Origin: Macrostomum lignano
Taxonomy: Eukaryota
Assembly (NCBI GenBank): GCA_002269645.1
Contig: NIVC01001860.1
Location: 1 to 64,000 of the forward strand
Direction of reading: 5' to 3'
Length of the DNA: 64,000 nucleotides
This document shows positions 28,485 to 40,453 of the stretch, one piece after another. Made by a program: the position numbers and the translations under genes. How positions within the stretch are numbered: the first letter of the stretch is position 1; the number at the start of each line of letters is the position of its first letter. The notes beneath the pieces were generated by a model that was given only the letters and a program-made list of their open reading frames with translations, was not told where the DNA came from and made no database searches.

Positions 28485-30385
28485 ATGCAGCACGAGCGGC
28501 ACTCTGCATTTCGAATTTCGAATACTCAGGACACAAATTGGATTCACATCGTGCTGACTCCGCTGGCCTCAGCGCTGGTGCTGACTGTGTCCGGCCTCAC
28601 TGCTGTCATCTATCACAGCGTCATCAAGCGCAGAGGTGTCACCACATTCCGATTGATGATCCTGTCTCTCTCGTGCTCCGACATCACTCTGGGATTTGGC
28701 TTGCAGGCCAAATTCGTGATGTCACTTCGGAGGGACTGGATGTCCCAGCCTGTTGCCTGTCTGGTGTGCCTGTGCCTCATCTTCTGCCCCCTGTACGTGT
28801 CTCAGGTGAGCTGTGGGATCAGTGAATTGTGGGATCAGTGAATTGTGGGATCAGTGAATTGTAAGATCAGTGAATTGTGGGATCAGTGAATTGTGGGATC
28901 AGTGAATTGTGGGATCAGTGAATTGTGGGATCAGTGAATTGTGGGATCAGTGAATTGTGGGATCAGTGAATTGTGGGATCAGTGAATTGTGGGATCAGTG
29001 AATTGGGATCAGTGAATTGTGGGTGGGATCATATGCGATGGTGGGATCATATGGGATGATATGGGATGGTGGGATCATATGGAATGATATGGGATGATAT
29101 GGGATGGTGGGATAATATGGGATGATATGGGATGGTGGGATAATATGGGATGATATGGGATGGTGGGATAATATGGGATGAAATGGAATGATATTGGATG
29201 GTGGGATAATATAGGATTGTGGGATCATATGGGATGATATGGGATGGTGGGATCATATGGAATGATATGGGATGGTGGGATCATATGGAATGATATGGGA
29301 TGATATGGGATGATATGGGATGATATGGGATCATATGGAATGATATGGGATGATATGGGATGATATGGGATGATATGGGATGATATGGGATCATATGGAA
29401 TGATATGGGATGATATGGGATGATATGGGATGATATGGGATGATATGGGATGATATGGGATGATATGGGATGATATGGAATGATATGGGATGATATGGGA
29501 TGGTGGGATCATATGGGATCATATGGGATGGTGGGATCATATGGGATCCTATGGGATGATATGGGATCATATGGGAGTATGGGATGATATGGGATGATAT
29601 GGGATCATATGGGATCATATGGGATCATATGGGAGTATGCAATCACTCAGTCACGGCCATGCATTCAGCTGCTGCTCTCTCTCAAGGCGCACCTGCTGCT
29701 GCTCTCGGCCGAGCGCTACGCCTCAGTGCGCCGTCCAGAAGCGCGCGCCTCCTGGGAGCGCCGGCGCCCCCTGCTGCTCAGCCTGCCGTGGCTGTACGGC
29801 TTTGCGGTGGCCGGCCCCGTCCAGTTCGCCAGCTTCCGGCACGACTTCCGCCGGCCGGTCCGTTGCACCTTCAGCCGCGACCACCACCCGGCCTACCAGG
29901 CCACCCTGGTCGGCCTGTTCTTTGCCACCGCCGTCGCTCTGCTTCTCCTCAACTGGCGCCTCTGCCAGCTGGCGCGCACTGCTAAAGCGCGCGTCGATCC
30001 GCGCTACCCAGCTGCGGTGCTGCCAGCAGCAGCAACTTCGCCGCCTCTGCCGCCGCCGGGCCGGGCGGTCCGACACCTCGCCCTGGTGGTCGGCGCTTTC
30101 ACCGGCTGCCACCTGCCGCTGATGGTGTACCTGTGCGCCGTGATGCTGGACCCCGACAGTCCGCAGTCCAGCTACCTGGCTCTGCTGTACTATCCCGCCT
30201 ACCTGGCCAGCGGCATCGCCTTCGTGGTGCACTCGCGCACCGCGCCGGAGTTTCGGCGCGAGCTGCACAGACGGAGGCTGGCTCTGCTGGGCGACTGCGG
30301 ACGGGCCAGACGGCCGCCTGCGGCTGCGAGAAGATCGCGGGAGCCTACGAAATCCACCACTGATGAGACCACGGTGGGACTGTAG
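28485..30385 (+). CDS. Class A (rhodopsin-like) orphan GPCR; join(28485..28805,29669..30385), about 345 aa
   Basis: TM2 LSLSCSD, TM3 C...ERY, TM4 W..G...P, TM6 FTGCHLP, helix 8 EFRRE. Phase-0 intron cag|gtgagc ... ttcag|ctg. Confidence 0.85.
28811..29635. repeat. 16-bp (gtgggatcagtgaatt) then 10-bp (atatgggatg) satellites filling the GPCR intron
   Basis: Direct inspection. Confidence 0.95.
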
Positions 30386-30392
30386 GCTGTTT

Positions 30393-31081
<689 letters not shown>

Positions 31082-31289
31082 CTCCTCACGTACGGAAAAT
31101 GATAAAAATGTTTTGTAGGTAGGAACAAAGACTGAAAATGCTTTGATGAATTCTTCCCATCATAATTTTTTCTCGTCATAAAATGCTGTGTGACTGTGTC
31201 TTTGCCGCCATCTCTCGCGCTAAATAAATCATAACGTCATCTAACTGAAAGCAAATATTCTGACTCCGATTAATATTGGTGCGATTGGT

Positions 31290-31508
31290 GCGATTCTAGG
31301 GGCGGATCAGTGCGATTCTAGGGGGCGGATTGGTGCGATTCTAGGGGCGGATTGGTGCAATTCTAGGGGCGGATTGGTGCGATTCTAGGGGCGGATTGGT
31401 GCGATTCTAGGGGCGGATCAGTGCGATTCTAGGGGCGGATTAATGCGATTCTAGGGGCGGATTGGTGCGATTCTAGGGGCGGATTGGTGCGATTCTAGGG
31501 GCGGATGG
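31290..31508. repeat. About 22-bp tandem repeat (ggggcggattggtgcgattcta)
   Basis: About 9 copies seen. Confidence 0.9.
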
Positions 31509-32136
31509 GTGCAAAGCTAAGGTGATTCTAATAAGAAATGTTGAGAAAAAGATTCAATTTCAGAAGTGCACTGGTGCAGACTACTGCAGTCTATGGGCGC
31601 AATGGCCTGTGCGCAGTCAATGCGGAATCAATTGCTGCTCGCGGCCGAGGCATCTTTAACGATAACCAGTCGATTTTTGAGCACAATAATGCGATCCCGA
31701 GGAAACTTGTCCGCGGCATCCAATTTGCCTCCTTTTAACGCCAAAGTCAGTTGTTCGGCGCGCGAGCACGGGCCCAACAATCGGCACAATGCTGTCGCTC
31801 CAGTTGGCGCCACAAACGGCGCCAATGAAGGCGTCAGTGGGGCAGCAGATGTTCTCATCAGTCTAGCGGCCTTTCTGGCCGGCGTATCGGTCGGCATCGT
31901 CGAGTGCCTCGCCGCTGGACTCGGGCTGGCGGCCGGGTGTCCTGGCGATCTTGCGCGTCACCTGCTTAGCGCCGGAATAGCCGCGCTAATTGGCTGCGCG
32001 CCCATGGCTGCCGCGCGAGTCAGGTGACTGGGGGGGGGCGTAGGATGTTGGCTTTCCCCTCTGAGGGACGCTAAGTACAATTTTTCATTGTTAACTGTCA
32101 AAACTCATAACGAAAGGGGCAGTGGGATAACGATAG

Positions 32137-32485
32137 TTGCCAGACAGACTTTTGCCAGACAGACTTTTGCCAGACAGATATTGGCCAGATAGATATTTGC
32201 CAGACAGATATTTGCCAGACAGATATTTGCCAGACAGATATTTGCCAGACAGATATTTGCCAGAAAGACATTTGCCAGACAATTTGCTAGGCATACAATT
32301 ACCAGAAAAATATTTGCCAGACAGACATTTGCCAGACAGATATTTGCTAGGCAGACAATTGCTAGGCAGACAATTGCCAGACAAATATTTGCCAGAAAGA
32401 CATTTGCCAGACAGACATTTGCTAGGCAGACAATTGCTAGGCAGACAATTGCCAGACAAATATTTGCCAGACAGATATATTTACC
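32137..32485. repeat. 15-bp degenerate tandem repeat (atatttgccagacag)
   Basis: Direct inspection. Confidence 0.9.
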
Positions 32486-32489
32486 AGAC

Positions 32490-32668
32490 ACACACCCTCA
32501 ATTACCCCAGCCAATGCTGGCACCCATTTTACAGCTGGGTAAACTGCAGCAATGCAGAGTTAAGTGTCTTGCTCAAGGACACCAAATCGTTCCGAGTAAG
32601 GGTCGAGAATCGAACCCCTGACCTTTCAGCGGCGAGTCCCGACACTCTACACCACTAAGGCTACAAGC
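32490..32668 (-). mobile_element. tRNA-derived CORE-SINE-like element
   Basis: tRNA-like head on the minus strand (tagtggtgtagagtg ... ggttcgattc). Adjacent cccattttacagctgggtaaactg...gttaagtgtcttgctcaaggacac closely resembles the MIR/CORE domain. Confidence 0.7.
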
Positions 32669-32870
32669 GCCTTCAATAGAAGCTCGGAGACCTATTATGA
32701 ATAATATAAAATATGTATATAGGAAAACAGTCTTTGTACAAGCATATGATTAGCGCCTGTTGCAACTGTTGGCTTCCAAATTGTAGCAAAACTCCAACCA
32801 TACCAGAGACGTTGTCCATCTACGCGCGACCCTGGCCGCACGACGCCGCACCCAACTGCTCAGGCGTCTC

Positions 32871-33554
32871 ATGCTCGATTCCGAGTCGGTCGTCGCTCCC
32901 CGCCAGCCGTCGTTGGTGGTCTCCACGCCCGACGAAGAGGAGGCCGTGGCGGCTGCCCAGAGAGTGTCGTCACCGGATTTGCAGGAGTCGGCAGCCTTGG
33001 TGGAGCAGATTGAGACCGCAATATTGCCGTGCGGCCTTTCCGTGGACCTGATCGCCTGGGCGGTCATCCGCATGGAGAAGCCGCAGTTCCAGCTGCTCAG
33101 CTCAGATGGCGGCGAGCAGCAGCAGCAGCAGGATCAGGATGGTCAAAGCTCAGCTCCGGTGAGCGTCAGGCGGTTTCTCCGGGGTATCTGGGAGTTCTAC
33201 CGGCCGCAGCAGGTTAACAAGCTGGACGCCGACTGCTGGGAGAGGCGCCGGCTGATTGCCGCCCTGCTGTTCCTGCCGATGTCGGGCTGCTACGCGCTGC
33301 AGCTGGCCAGCCTCCTGTACGTGTCAGCCTCGGTGACCGGCTCCTCATCGATCGGGGCCTGTCCTGCCTCCGGCTTCCTGATGGCCGCCAGTCAAGGTGC
33401 CGTGTGGCTACGCGGAGGTCTGTTCGGCCTGGCTTTTATCGGCTGCGTGGTGGCCAGCTGCGTGGAGCTGGTGCAGCGGCGGATTCGCAGCAATTTGCTG
33501 GCTGTTAGGCTGCGTCAGCACAAGCAGAGCCTGTTTGGCAAACTGTTCGGATAA
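32871..33554 (+). CDS. Hypothetical membrane protein (227 aa, 2-3 C-terminal hydrophobic segments)
   Basis: GC3-rich host-like codon usage in an AT-rich context. No family recognised. Confidence 0.6.
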   Translation: MLDSESVVAPRQPSLVVSTPDEEEAVAAAQRVSSPDLQESAALVEQIETAILPCGLSVDLIAWAVIRMEKPQFQLLSSDGGEQQQQQDQDGQSSAPVSVRRFLRGIWEFYRPQQVNKLDADCWERRRLIAALLFLPMSGCYALQLASLLYVSASVTGSSSIGACPASGFLMAASQGAVWLRGGLFGLAFIGCVVASCVELVQRRIRSNLLAVRLRQHKQSLFGKLFG

Positions 33555-34189
33555 CAGTTCGATTCGAAATTTATTGATTGTTTGGGTCTAAAGTATAAGG
33601 GTGGATCTAATCTATTGATTTGCAAGGGAAATTATACTTAAAGCATAGATATTCACTTACTATGCCACTAAAGGCTACAAGCCCCTTCAATAGAAGCACG
33701 GAGACCTATTATGAATAATATAAAATATGTGGAATTCAGTGGAATTTCTTATCTGTTAATATTTTTCTACGTCTGGTATAACGATTAAAAATAGAAACGC
33801 GCAGCATACTACTTACCGGAAAATTTCTCTCCTTTTCTACTATTTTCCCTACATATCTGGGGCTTGGAACTTAGGGTACAAACAATATATTTTAGATTTT
33901 CTACATTTATCCTTGAATAAAATGAACCTTTTGAAGAATTTTTTATATGCTAAGATTTATTTATTTAACAATATTTTATCATTTTTAACTATCGTACACA
34001 ACATATCGGAAACGTATGCATTAGACTAGATTCAAGCTGTGTAAAACCAAAATAGGTTCGTCTGATTTGCTGAATTTTAGCAGCGATAAACTACGAATGG
34101 ATTGATGTGTCTTGTACGTACCGGCATCCTAAATAATAATTTTCTTATCCAATTCTTGTTCCAGTTCGAGAAAAATTCTGCCAAAAAAT

Positions 34190-34262
34190 TGCCGCGACCC
34201 GGGATCGAACCAGGGACCTTTAGATCTTCAGTCTAACGCTCTCCCTACTGAGCTATCGCGGC
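34190..34262 (-). tRNA. trnF-GAA: tRNA-Phe (GAA)
   Basis: GCCGCGATAGCTCAGTAGGGAGAGCGTTAGACTGAAGATCTAAAGGTCCCTGGTTCGATCCCGGGTCGCGGCA folds as a cloverleaf and is followed by an oligo-T terminator. Confidence 0.96.
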
Positions 34263-35192
34263 TTACAGAGAGGTGACAGAGATTGTCATTATATTCTGAC
34301 TTATTCCTGACCAAGGCATGCATTTATAGGTTTTCCTGTTCATAAAATCAACTTACTCAAATCATATGCTGCGGAGGCATATTTCACCCTACTACCCTAG
34401 AATACAGATGGTAAAAGAACATGTTCTTATTATCTATGCTCAAGCTCCTGGGCAATTTTTTTACAAGAATTAATAAAATAACGTCAAAATTACAAATACT
34501 GAAAATACTTAAAATTCTGGATACAAATCTAAAATCTAAAATCGAAATGAGGCTGATTTGAGTTAATTTCAGTCAAATTCGTAGTGCGTATTTATGTTGA
34601 GACTAAACTCATAGAGAAAATCGATAGACTTTTCTTATAAGGAGCATTACATGCAATTAATTCTACTAACAGTATGGTAAAGACGCTTGTAGATTAATTA
34701 TTAAATTGCCATTAATACGCGAAATATATGATATAACACAAAGTGGAGCTAACTAAAAGTTAATTGCTTTTTGTTATAGTAAACTGAGTTGGCCCACATA
34801 TGCCGGCAGCCAGTGCCTGTCCCGCTCTCGATCAGAAAAACTGAATGAGCAAAAAATCAATTTAGGAAGAGCTGGAATCGGGAAATTTCCATTGGGGCTA
34901 GTATATTTGCTGTCGTGGTCGCGAGTGAGTTAAACAATGTACAGAAGGTGCGGCACAGCTAGCTGTAATCTATATGCTGATCTAGACAATAGATTAAGAC
35001 CAGCTAGCATATAAATATTGATTGTTGATTAAGCTGATCGCTATACCCTTAGGGCCAATGTGCTTATAAGATATTGTGTCATATATGTAAATGTTATTGC
35101 AGCGTACATAGAGTACTTGAAGTTATACCGTAACTTGTACAGGCTAAGTGCTTTGCGTTTGAAGTTTTTGATGTTTTCATTTCGAGACATTC

Positions 35193-35686
35193 TGCTGGCG
35201 CCCCTGGTGCTGGCGCCCCTGGTGCTGGCGCCCCTGGTGCTGGCGCCCCTGGTGCTGGCGCCCCTGGTGCTGGCGCCCCTGGTGCTGGCGCCCCTGGTGC
35301 TGGCGCCCCTGGTGCTGGCGCCCCTGGTGCTGGCGCCCCTGGTGCTGGCGCCCCTGGTGCTGGCGCCCCTGGTGCTGGCGCCCCTGGTGCTGGCGCCCCT
35401 GGTGCTGGCGCCCCTGGTGCTGGCGCCCCTGGTGCTGGCGCCCCTGGTGCTGGCGCCCCTGGTGCTGGCGCCCCTGGTGCTGGCGCCCCTGGTGCTGGCG
35501 CCCCTGGTGCTGGCGCCCCTGGTGCTGGCGCCCCTGGTGCTGGCGCCCCTGGTGCTGGCGCCCCTGGTGCTGGCGCCCCTGGTGCTGGCGCCCCTGGTGC
35601 TGGCGCCCCTGGTGCTGGCGCCCCTGGTGCTGGCGCCCCTGGTGCTGGCGCCCCTGGTGCTGGCGCCCCTGGTGCTGGCGCCCCTG
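35193..35686. repeat. Perfect 15-bp tandem array (about 33 copies, ctggtgctggcgccc)
   Basis: No variant unit seen. Confidence 0.98.
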
Positions 35687-36099
35687 AATTTATGCGTAAT
35701 CAGTTTCAAGAAGCAGCACAACCAATAGAAATCCTGCAATTAGTCAGTCTCTGCAAAAACTACACATTAATATTTTTCCAAACTTAACCTACATCTGTTA
35801 AGTTGCAGTACTCGTACGTGCTCCAAGATACGAAAATGTATGTAACAAATTATGTATACTTTAATAATTAACTTTCCTAGCAGCTAGTGAACTGTTTTCC
35901 AAGCCATCTACTGCAGAGTGTTGGTGCATGCACAGGGTGCAGTGTTTGTGATTATAATAGTTGCAATTAAAAAGGTGTGATTTCTATTACATAAATAAAT
36001 GAAAATGAACTTGCATGCTAGATTAGAACAAGTCAACGACCTTCAAAAGTTACTTTAAAGACTTACTCAAATGAGGACAGTCCTGTGAGTAGGGAGTGA

Positions 36100-36260
36100 C
36101 GAGTGAGGAGAGTGAGGAGTGAGGAGTGAGGAGTGAGGAGAGTGAGGAGAGTGAGGAGTGAGGAGTGAGGAGTGAGGAGTGAGGAGAGTGAGGAGTGAGG
36201 AGAGTGAGGAGTGAGGAGTGTGAGGAGTGAGGAGTGAGGAGAGTGAGGAGTGAGGAGAGT
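36100..36260. repeat. (GAGGAGT)n-type simple repeat
   Basis: Direct inspection. Confidence 0.9.
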
Positions 36261-36626
36261 GATTCTTCCCCTTCCAATAAGTCTTATTGGCTGCCACAAT
36301 ATCATATGCGACCAGCCCTGCACAAGTCAACCGTTACATGCAAGCGCACGTTCGTATACTGTATTTATTGACGTTCAAGGCTTTTTGACTCCTGATTTCT
36401 GGCTAAGCACTTGATCAAGCTATTGGCATAACTGCCTCTACACATTTTTAGCTTAAATTTGCACTAATACGAGCGAATTTTAATCTAGGTAAGTTCATTT
36501 GTGTCAGAAAAAATTGACTTTGAATGCTACTTTGGAGTGCTTTCAAGCAAAAAAGTACATCAAGAAACTTGCTGGCTCACAGTCCCTCGCATTTTCCATT
36601 GCATAAGTCCCGGACATCTTAGTTGT

Positions 36627-37088
36627 GCTCACAGGACTGTCCTCACTGAGTAAGTCCTGGACATCTTAGTTGTGCTCACAGGACTGTCCTCACTGAGTAA
36701 GTCCTGCACACTTCAGCTACTCACAGGACTGTCCTCACTGAGTAAGTCCTGGACACCTCAGCTACTCACAGGACTGTCCTCACTGAGTAAGTCCTGCACA
36801 CTTCAGCTACTCACAGGACTGTCCTCACTGAGTAAGTCCTGGACACCTCAGCTACTCACAGGACTGTCCTCACTGAGTAAGTCCTGCACACTTCAGCTAC
36901 TCACAGGACTGTCCTCACTGAGTAAGTCCTGGACACTTCAGCTACTCACAAGACTGTCCTCACTGAGTAAGTCCTGGACATCTCAGCTACTCACAGGACT
37001 GTCCTCACTGAGTAAGTCCTGGACACCTCAGCTACTCACAGGACTGTCCTCACTGAGTAAGTCCTGGACACTTCAGCTACTCACAGGA
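36627..37088. repeat. 45-bp palindrome-rich minisatellite (about 10 copies)
   Basis: Unit ctcacaggactgtcctcactgagtaagtcctggacacctcagcta. Confidence 0.95.
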
Positions 37089-37688
37089 TTTTCTCGGTAC
37101 AAATAAAGGTGACAGCATGCAGTTCTTCTACTTTTGATTCTACTTGGAGTAGGTTAGAATTTCAAGCCCCTCACTGCAGGGGGCTTACGTTTGACACGGG
37201 CATGGATCAAAATCAAGATTACAGAGTCTCCAACTCTGCAAGCAGTTCTACCGTCTCAAGTTCCCGCCACAGACTTACCGACAGACACGCGAATTTGTCA
37301 CAAATAAAAATTCAGGCTAAATCCAATGCAGACTTTTCGGTAGTAGTTCTGGTCTCTAAAGGTTCAGTGCAGGACTCTTGGAATTACTTTTTTAATTCCG
37401 AGCTGGGACAGCGGACGGCTTAGAGAATTGTGTTATCACTTGGGGTAAATAAAAAATTCTGTCAGCCTTTAGTTCAGGTTTAATATGACCGTCGGCTCTA
37501 ATTACAGTGCTTGGCCGATGAAATAGAATTTTATATATTTTTCATTTCACAACATATCGGCTTTAAAAATAAAGCTTTTTTTCGAAAATGCTTCAAGTTC
37601 CGAATTGTAATTTTCGCTTTCTTTATATATATGAATTTCCTGAAGTCCATTATTTGCGGAAAAATTTACGCCAAGAATAAAAAAAAAT

Positions 37689-37761
37689 TGCCGCGACCCG
37701 GGATCGAACCAGGGACCTTTAGATCTTCAGTCTAACGCTCTCCCTACTGAGCTATCGCGGC
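37689..37761 (-). tRNA. trnF-GAA: tRNA-Phe (GAA), second identical copy
   Basis: Same 73-nt sequence as 34190-34262, with a downstream T-run. Confidence 0.96.
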
Positions 37762-37967
37762 TTGACTAAATATCGCTCAGACAAACCTGGTAGCTGCTAT
37801 CCGCTCTCTTCTCACCCCCGATTCGCTTCCCGCCTTTACGCTCGTAAAGACGGATATTTGAATACGTACTGCAAATAAGAATAGCGAGATTAGCGAACCG
37901 TTGCTCCCCAAGGAAAAGCGGAATATTTCCTGACTTTACTTTGCAGTAAACCGACAGCCAGCTAGCA

Positions 37968-40453
37968 ATGTCCCCTGCTGCTTTTTCCCTCGGCGGCAGT
38001 TTGAGCTACTATGCCACCCTACTGCTGAGCATCGTCACCCGCAAGAAGACAGTCGACGAGGCGCATCTCGCCGACACGAAGCTGTCCCGCTGTCTGGGGA
38101 CGCTTGACCTTGTCGCTCTGGGCGTTGGTTCGACCCTCGGCGCTGGGGTCTACGTCATTGCGGGCGAGGTAGCCCAAAAGACTACCGGACCAGCCGTCAT
38201 CGTGTCCTTCTTCATCGCTGCAGCGGCCTCGGTGCTCGCCGGCCTGTGCTATGCCGAGTTCGGCGCCAGGGTGCCGAAGTCCGGCTCCGCCTACGTCTAC
38301 AGCTACGTTACTGTCGGCGAGCTGATGGCCTTCGTAATCGGCTGGAATCTGATTCTCGAGTACGCCATCGGCACAGCCAGCGTGGCCAGGGCCTGGTCGC
38401 AGAACTTCGACAGCCTGCTCGGCGGCCGGGTGATAAACATCTTCCGTCAGTACCTGACAATGTCCGTGCCAGGCATCGCCAAGTATCCGGACTTCTTCGC
38501 ATTCGGCATTGTCCTCCTGCTGACTCTGGTGATCGCGTTCGGCGTCAAAGAGTCCGCCTGGGTGACAAAAGCGTTCACCCTGGTCAATCTGATGGTCCTG
38601 GCCACGGTGGTGATCGCTGGCAGCTGGCTGGCTGACGGGCCAACTGGCGCATCAGGCCCGGCCCGAACGGCACTGTCGAATTCGGCAACGCCACCTACGC
38701 GGCCTCGCGCATCGGCGCCGGTGGCTTCATGCCGTTTGGTCTGCGCAGCATCGTCTCGGGAGCCGGCACCTGCTTCTACGCCTTCGTGGGCTTTGACGCC
38801 ATCGCTACGACGGGCGAGGAGGCCAAGAACCCACAGAAGGCCATCCCGGTGAGCATAATAGTCAGCCTGGCGATCTGCTTTGCTGCCTATTTTTCTTTGA
38901 GCACCGTGCTCACTCTCATCCAGCCCTACTTCGCTCTGGATCCGCTGGCGCCTCTGCCGGCCGCGTTCGCTGCGCAGGGCTGGCGAGTTGCCAACTATAT
39001 CATCGCCGTGGGCGCCGTCTGTGCCCTGTCCACCAGCCTGCTGGGCGCCATGTTCCCTCTGCCGAGGATCGTCTACGCCATGGCCTCCGACGGGCTGCTG
39101 TTTCGCTTCCTGGCGAGCGTCAACCGGCGCCTGTCCACTCCGCTGGTGGCCACGCTGATCACGGGCCTCCTGTCCGCTGTCATGGCGTGCCTGTTCGAGC
39201 TGAAAGAGCTGGTGGATATGATGTCCATTGGCACTCTGCTGGCCTACACCCTGGTGGCCATTTCCGTGCTCATTCTGCGCGGCAATCGGGACGATCTTCG
39301 GCACCCGGATGCTGAGGAGCCGCCGGGCTCAGTTGACATCCGGGTTGTGACGCATCGTCAGCAGCAGCGGCTACCAGCTGACAGGTAGAAAAAGGGGGCA
39401 GAGTTGCGTCCGGCTTCAAAGTATCCGGGTTCTATACCGTACGCGGCCGCTCAAGCGCTAAAATTACCCCAGTGCTTTCTTGTGTCCTCGTTCCAAAAGG
39501 ACGACTTGTTGTTGTCAAGCAGTCTCCAAAATAGTTCTTGTCTCTCGCATCGTCCTGACATGCCTGATTGGTAAGATTTGTCTGGGTTGCTGCACATCCT
39601 GTGTGAGCGTGTATGCCTGCGCGTACGCATCTATGGAAATGAATCCGCTATCCCAGCCAAGCTTAACGTTGTCTTCGAACTGGGAATACTAATTGTATCT
39701 ATCGCCCGATTAAATCGCGACAGCTTATACAACTGATTACGATAGCTAAAAACCAACTGTGTAAAGTCAATCGTTACTCGACCATTGCCATGCAGGCTAA
39801 AACCTGAGAAGCAAGAGCGGCAGCAAGAGCGAGGTTCAAGCGATAGCGACTCAGCCGATGCCGTGCTGGTCCGCGATCCCCACAGCGGCGGCCTGGCCGA
39901 CCTGTCCACGCACTTTCGTCAGCACCGTCGCATGACGTGGCGCGAGTACCTGCGCCTGTCCTTCCGGCCGGAGTCGACCGCTCCGACTCGCTTCTCCGAA
40001 AGTGTCAACCGGCGCAACACTTTTCTGTTCCTGGCCGCCGCCACTCTGCTGGCCTTTCTAACTGAGAACTACCCGGATCGGATGCACCAGCCGGGCGTGC
40101 TGCTGCCAACGCTGGCCGCCTTCGCCGCCTGCTTCGGTCTCCTGTTCAGCCTCTACCGACAGCCGGAGAACGCTAAGCCTGTCGCATTCCGGGTGCCGGC
40201 GGTGCCTTTCGTGCCCTGCCTATCCGTGTTCGTCAACGTCTACCTGATGATGGCCCTGCCAAGCGGCACATGGGTTCGGTTCCTGGTGTGGATGACAATC
40301 GGCATGGCCATCTACTGTCTGTATGGCGCCCGCAGCAGCACGGAGCACGCCAGACAAACCATTAGAAAGATGCGCGGCATTAGGCTGGCCATCGAGCTGG
40401 ATGCAGATGGCGGCCAAGAAGTGTCGCAGATGATGGACAAGGAGCAGGATTAA
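37968..40453 (+). CDS. SLC7A: Cationic amino acid transporter (SLC7A1-4/CAT family); join(37968..39384,39796..40453) with a 1-nt frameshift near 38637
   Basis: [65 protein letters not shown] and C-terminal [10 protein letters not shown]...W.RF.VW. Phase-2 intron ag|gtag ... gcag|g. Confidence 0.93.

Noticed and set aside
31538-32027. GC-rich patch with 66-153-aa ORFs on both strands
   Set aside because: It may be an exon, but I could not recognise a domain or a consistent gene model.
32091-32658. Pentapeptide-repeat-like ORFs (LPDRY, CLANI)
   Set aside because: Translation of a degenerate 15-bp DNA repeat, open in several frames.
35041-35739. 222-232-aa LAPLV/RGAST ORFs
   Set aside because: Perfect 15-bp array with non-coding-like AT-rich flanks.
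38246-39304. Long antisense and alternative ORFs over the transporter
   Set aside because: Shadow frames of a GC3-rich coding sequence.
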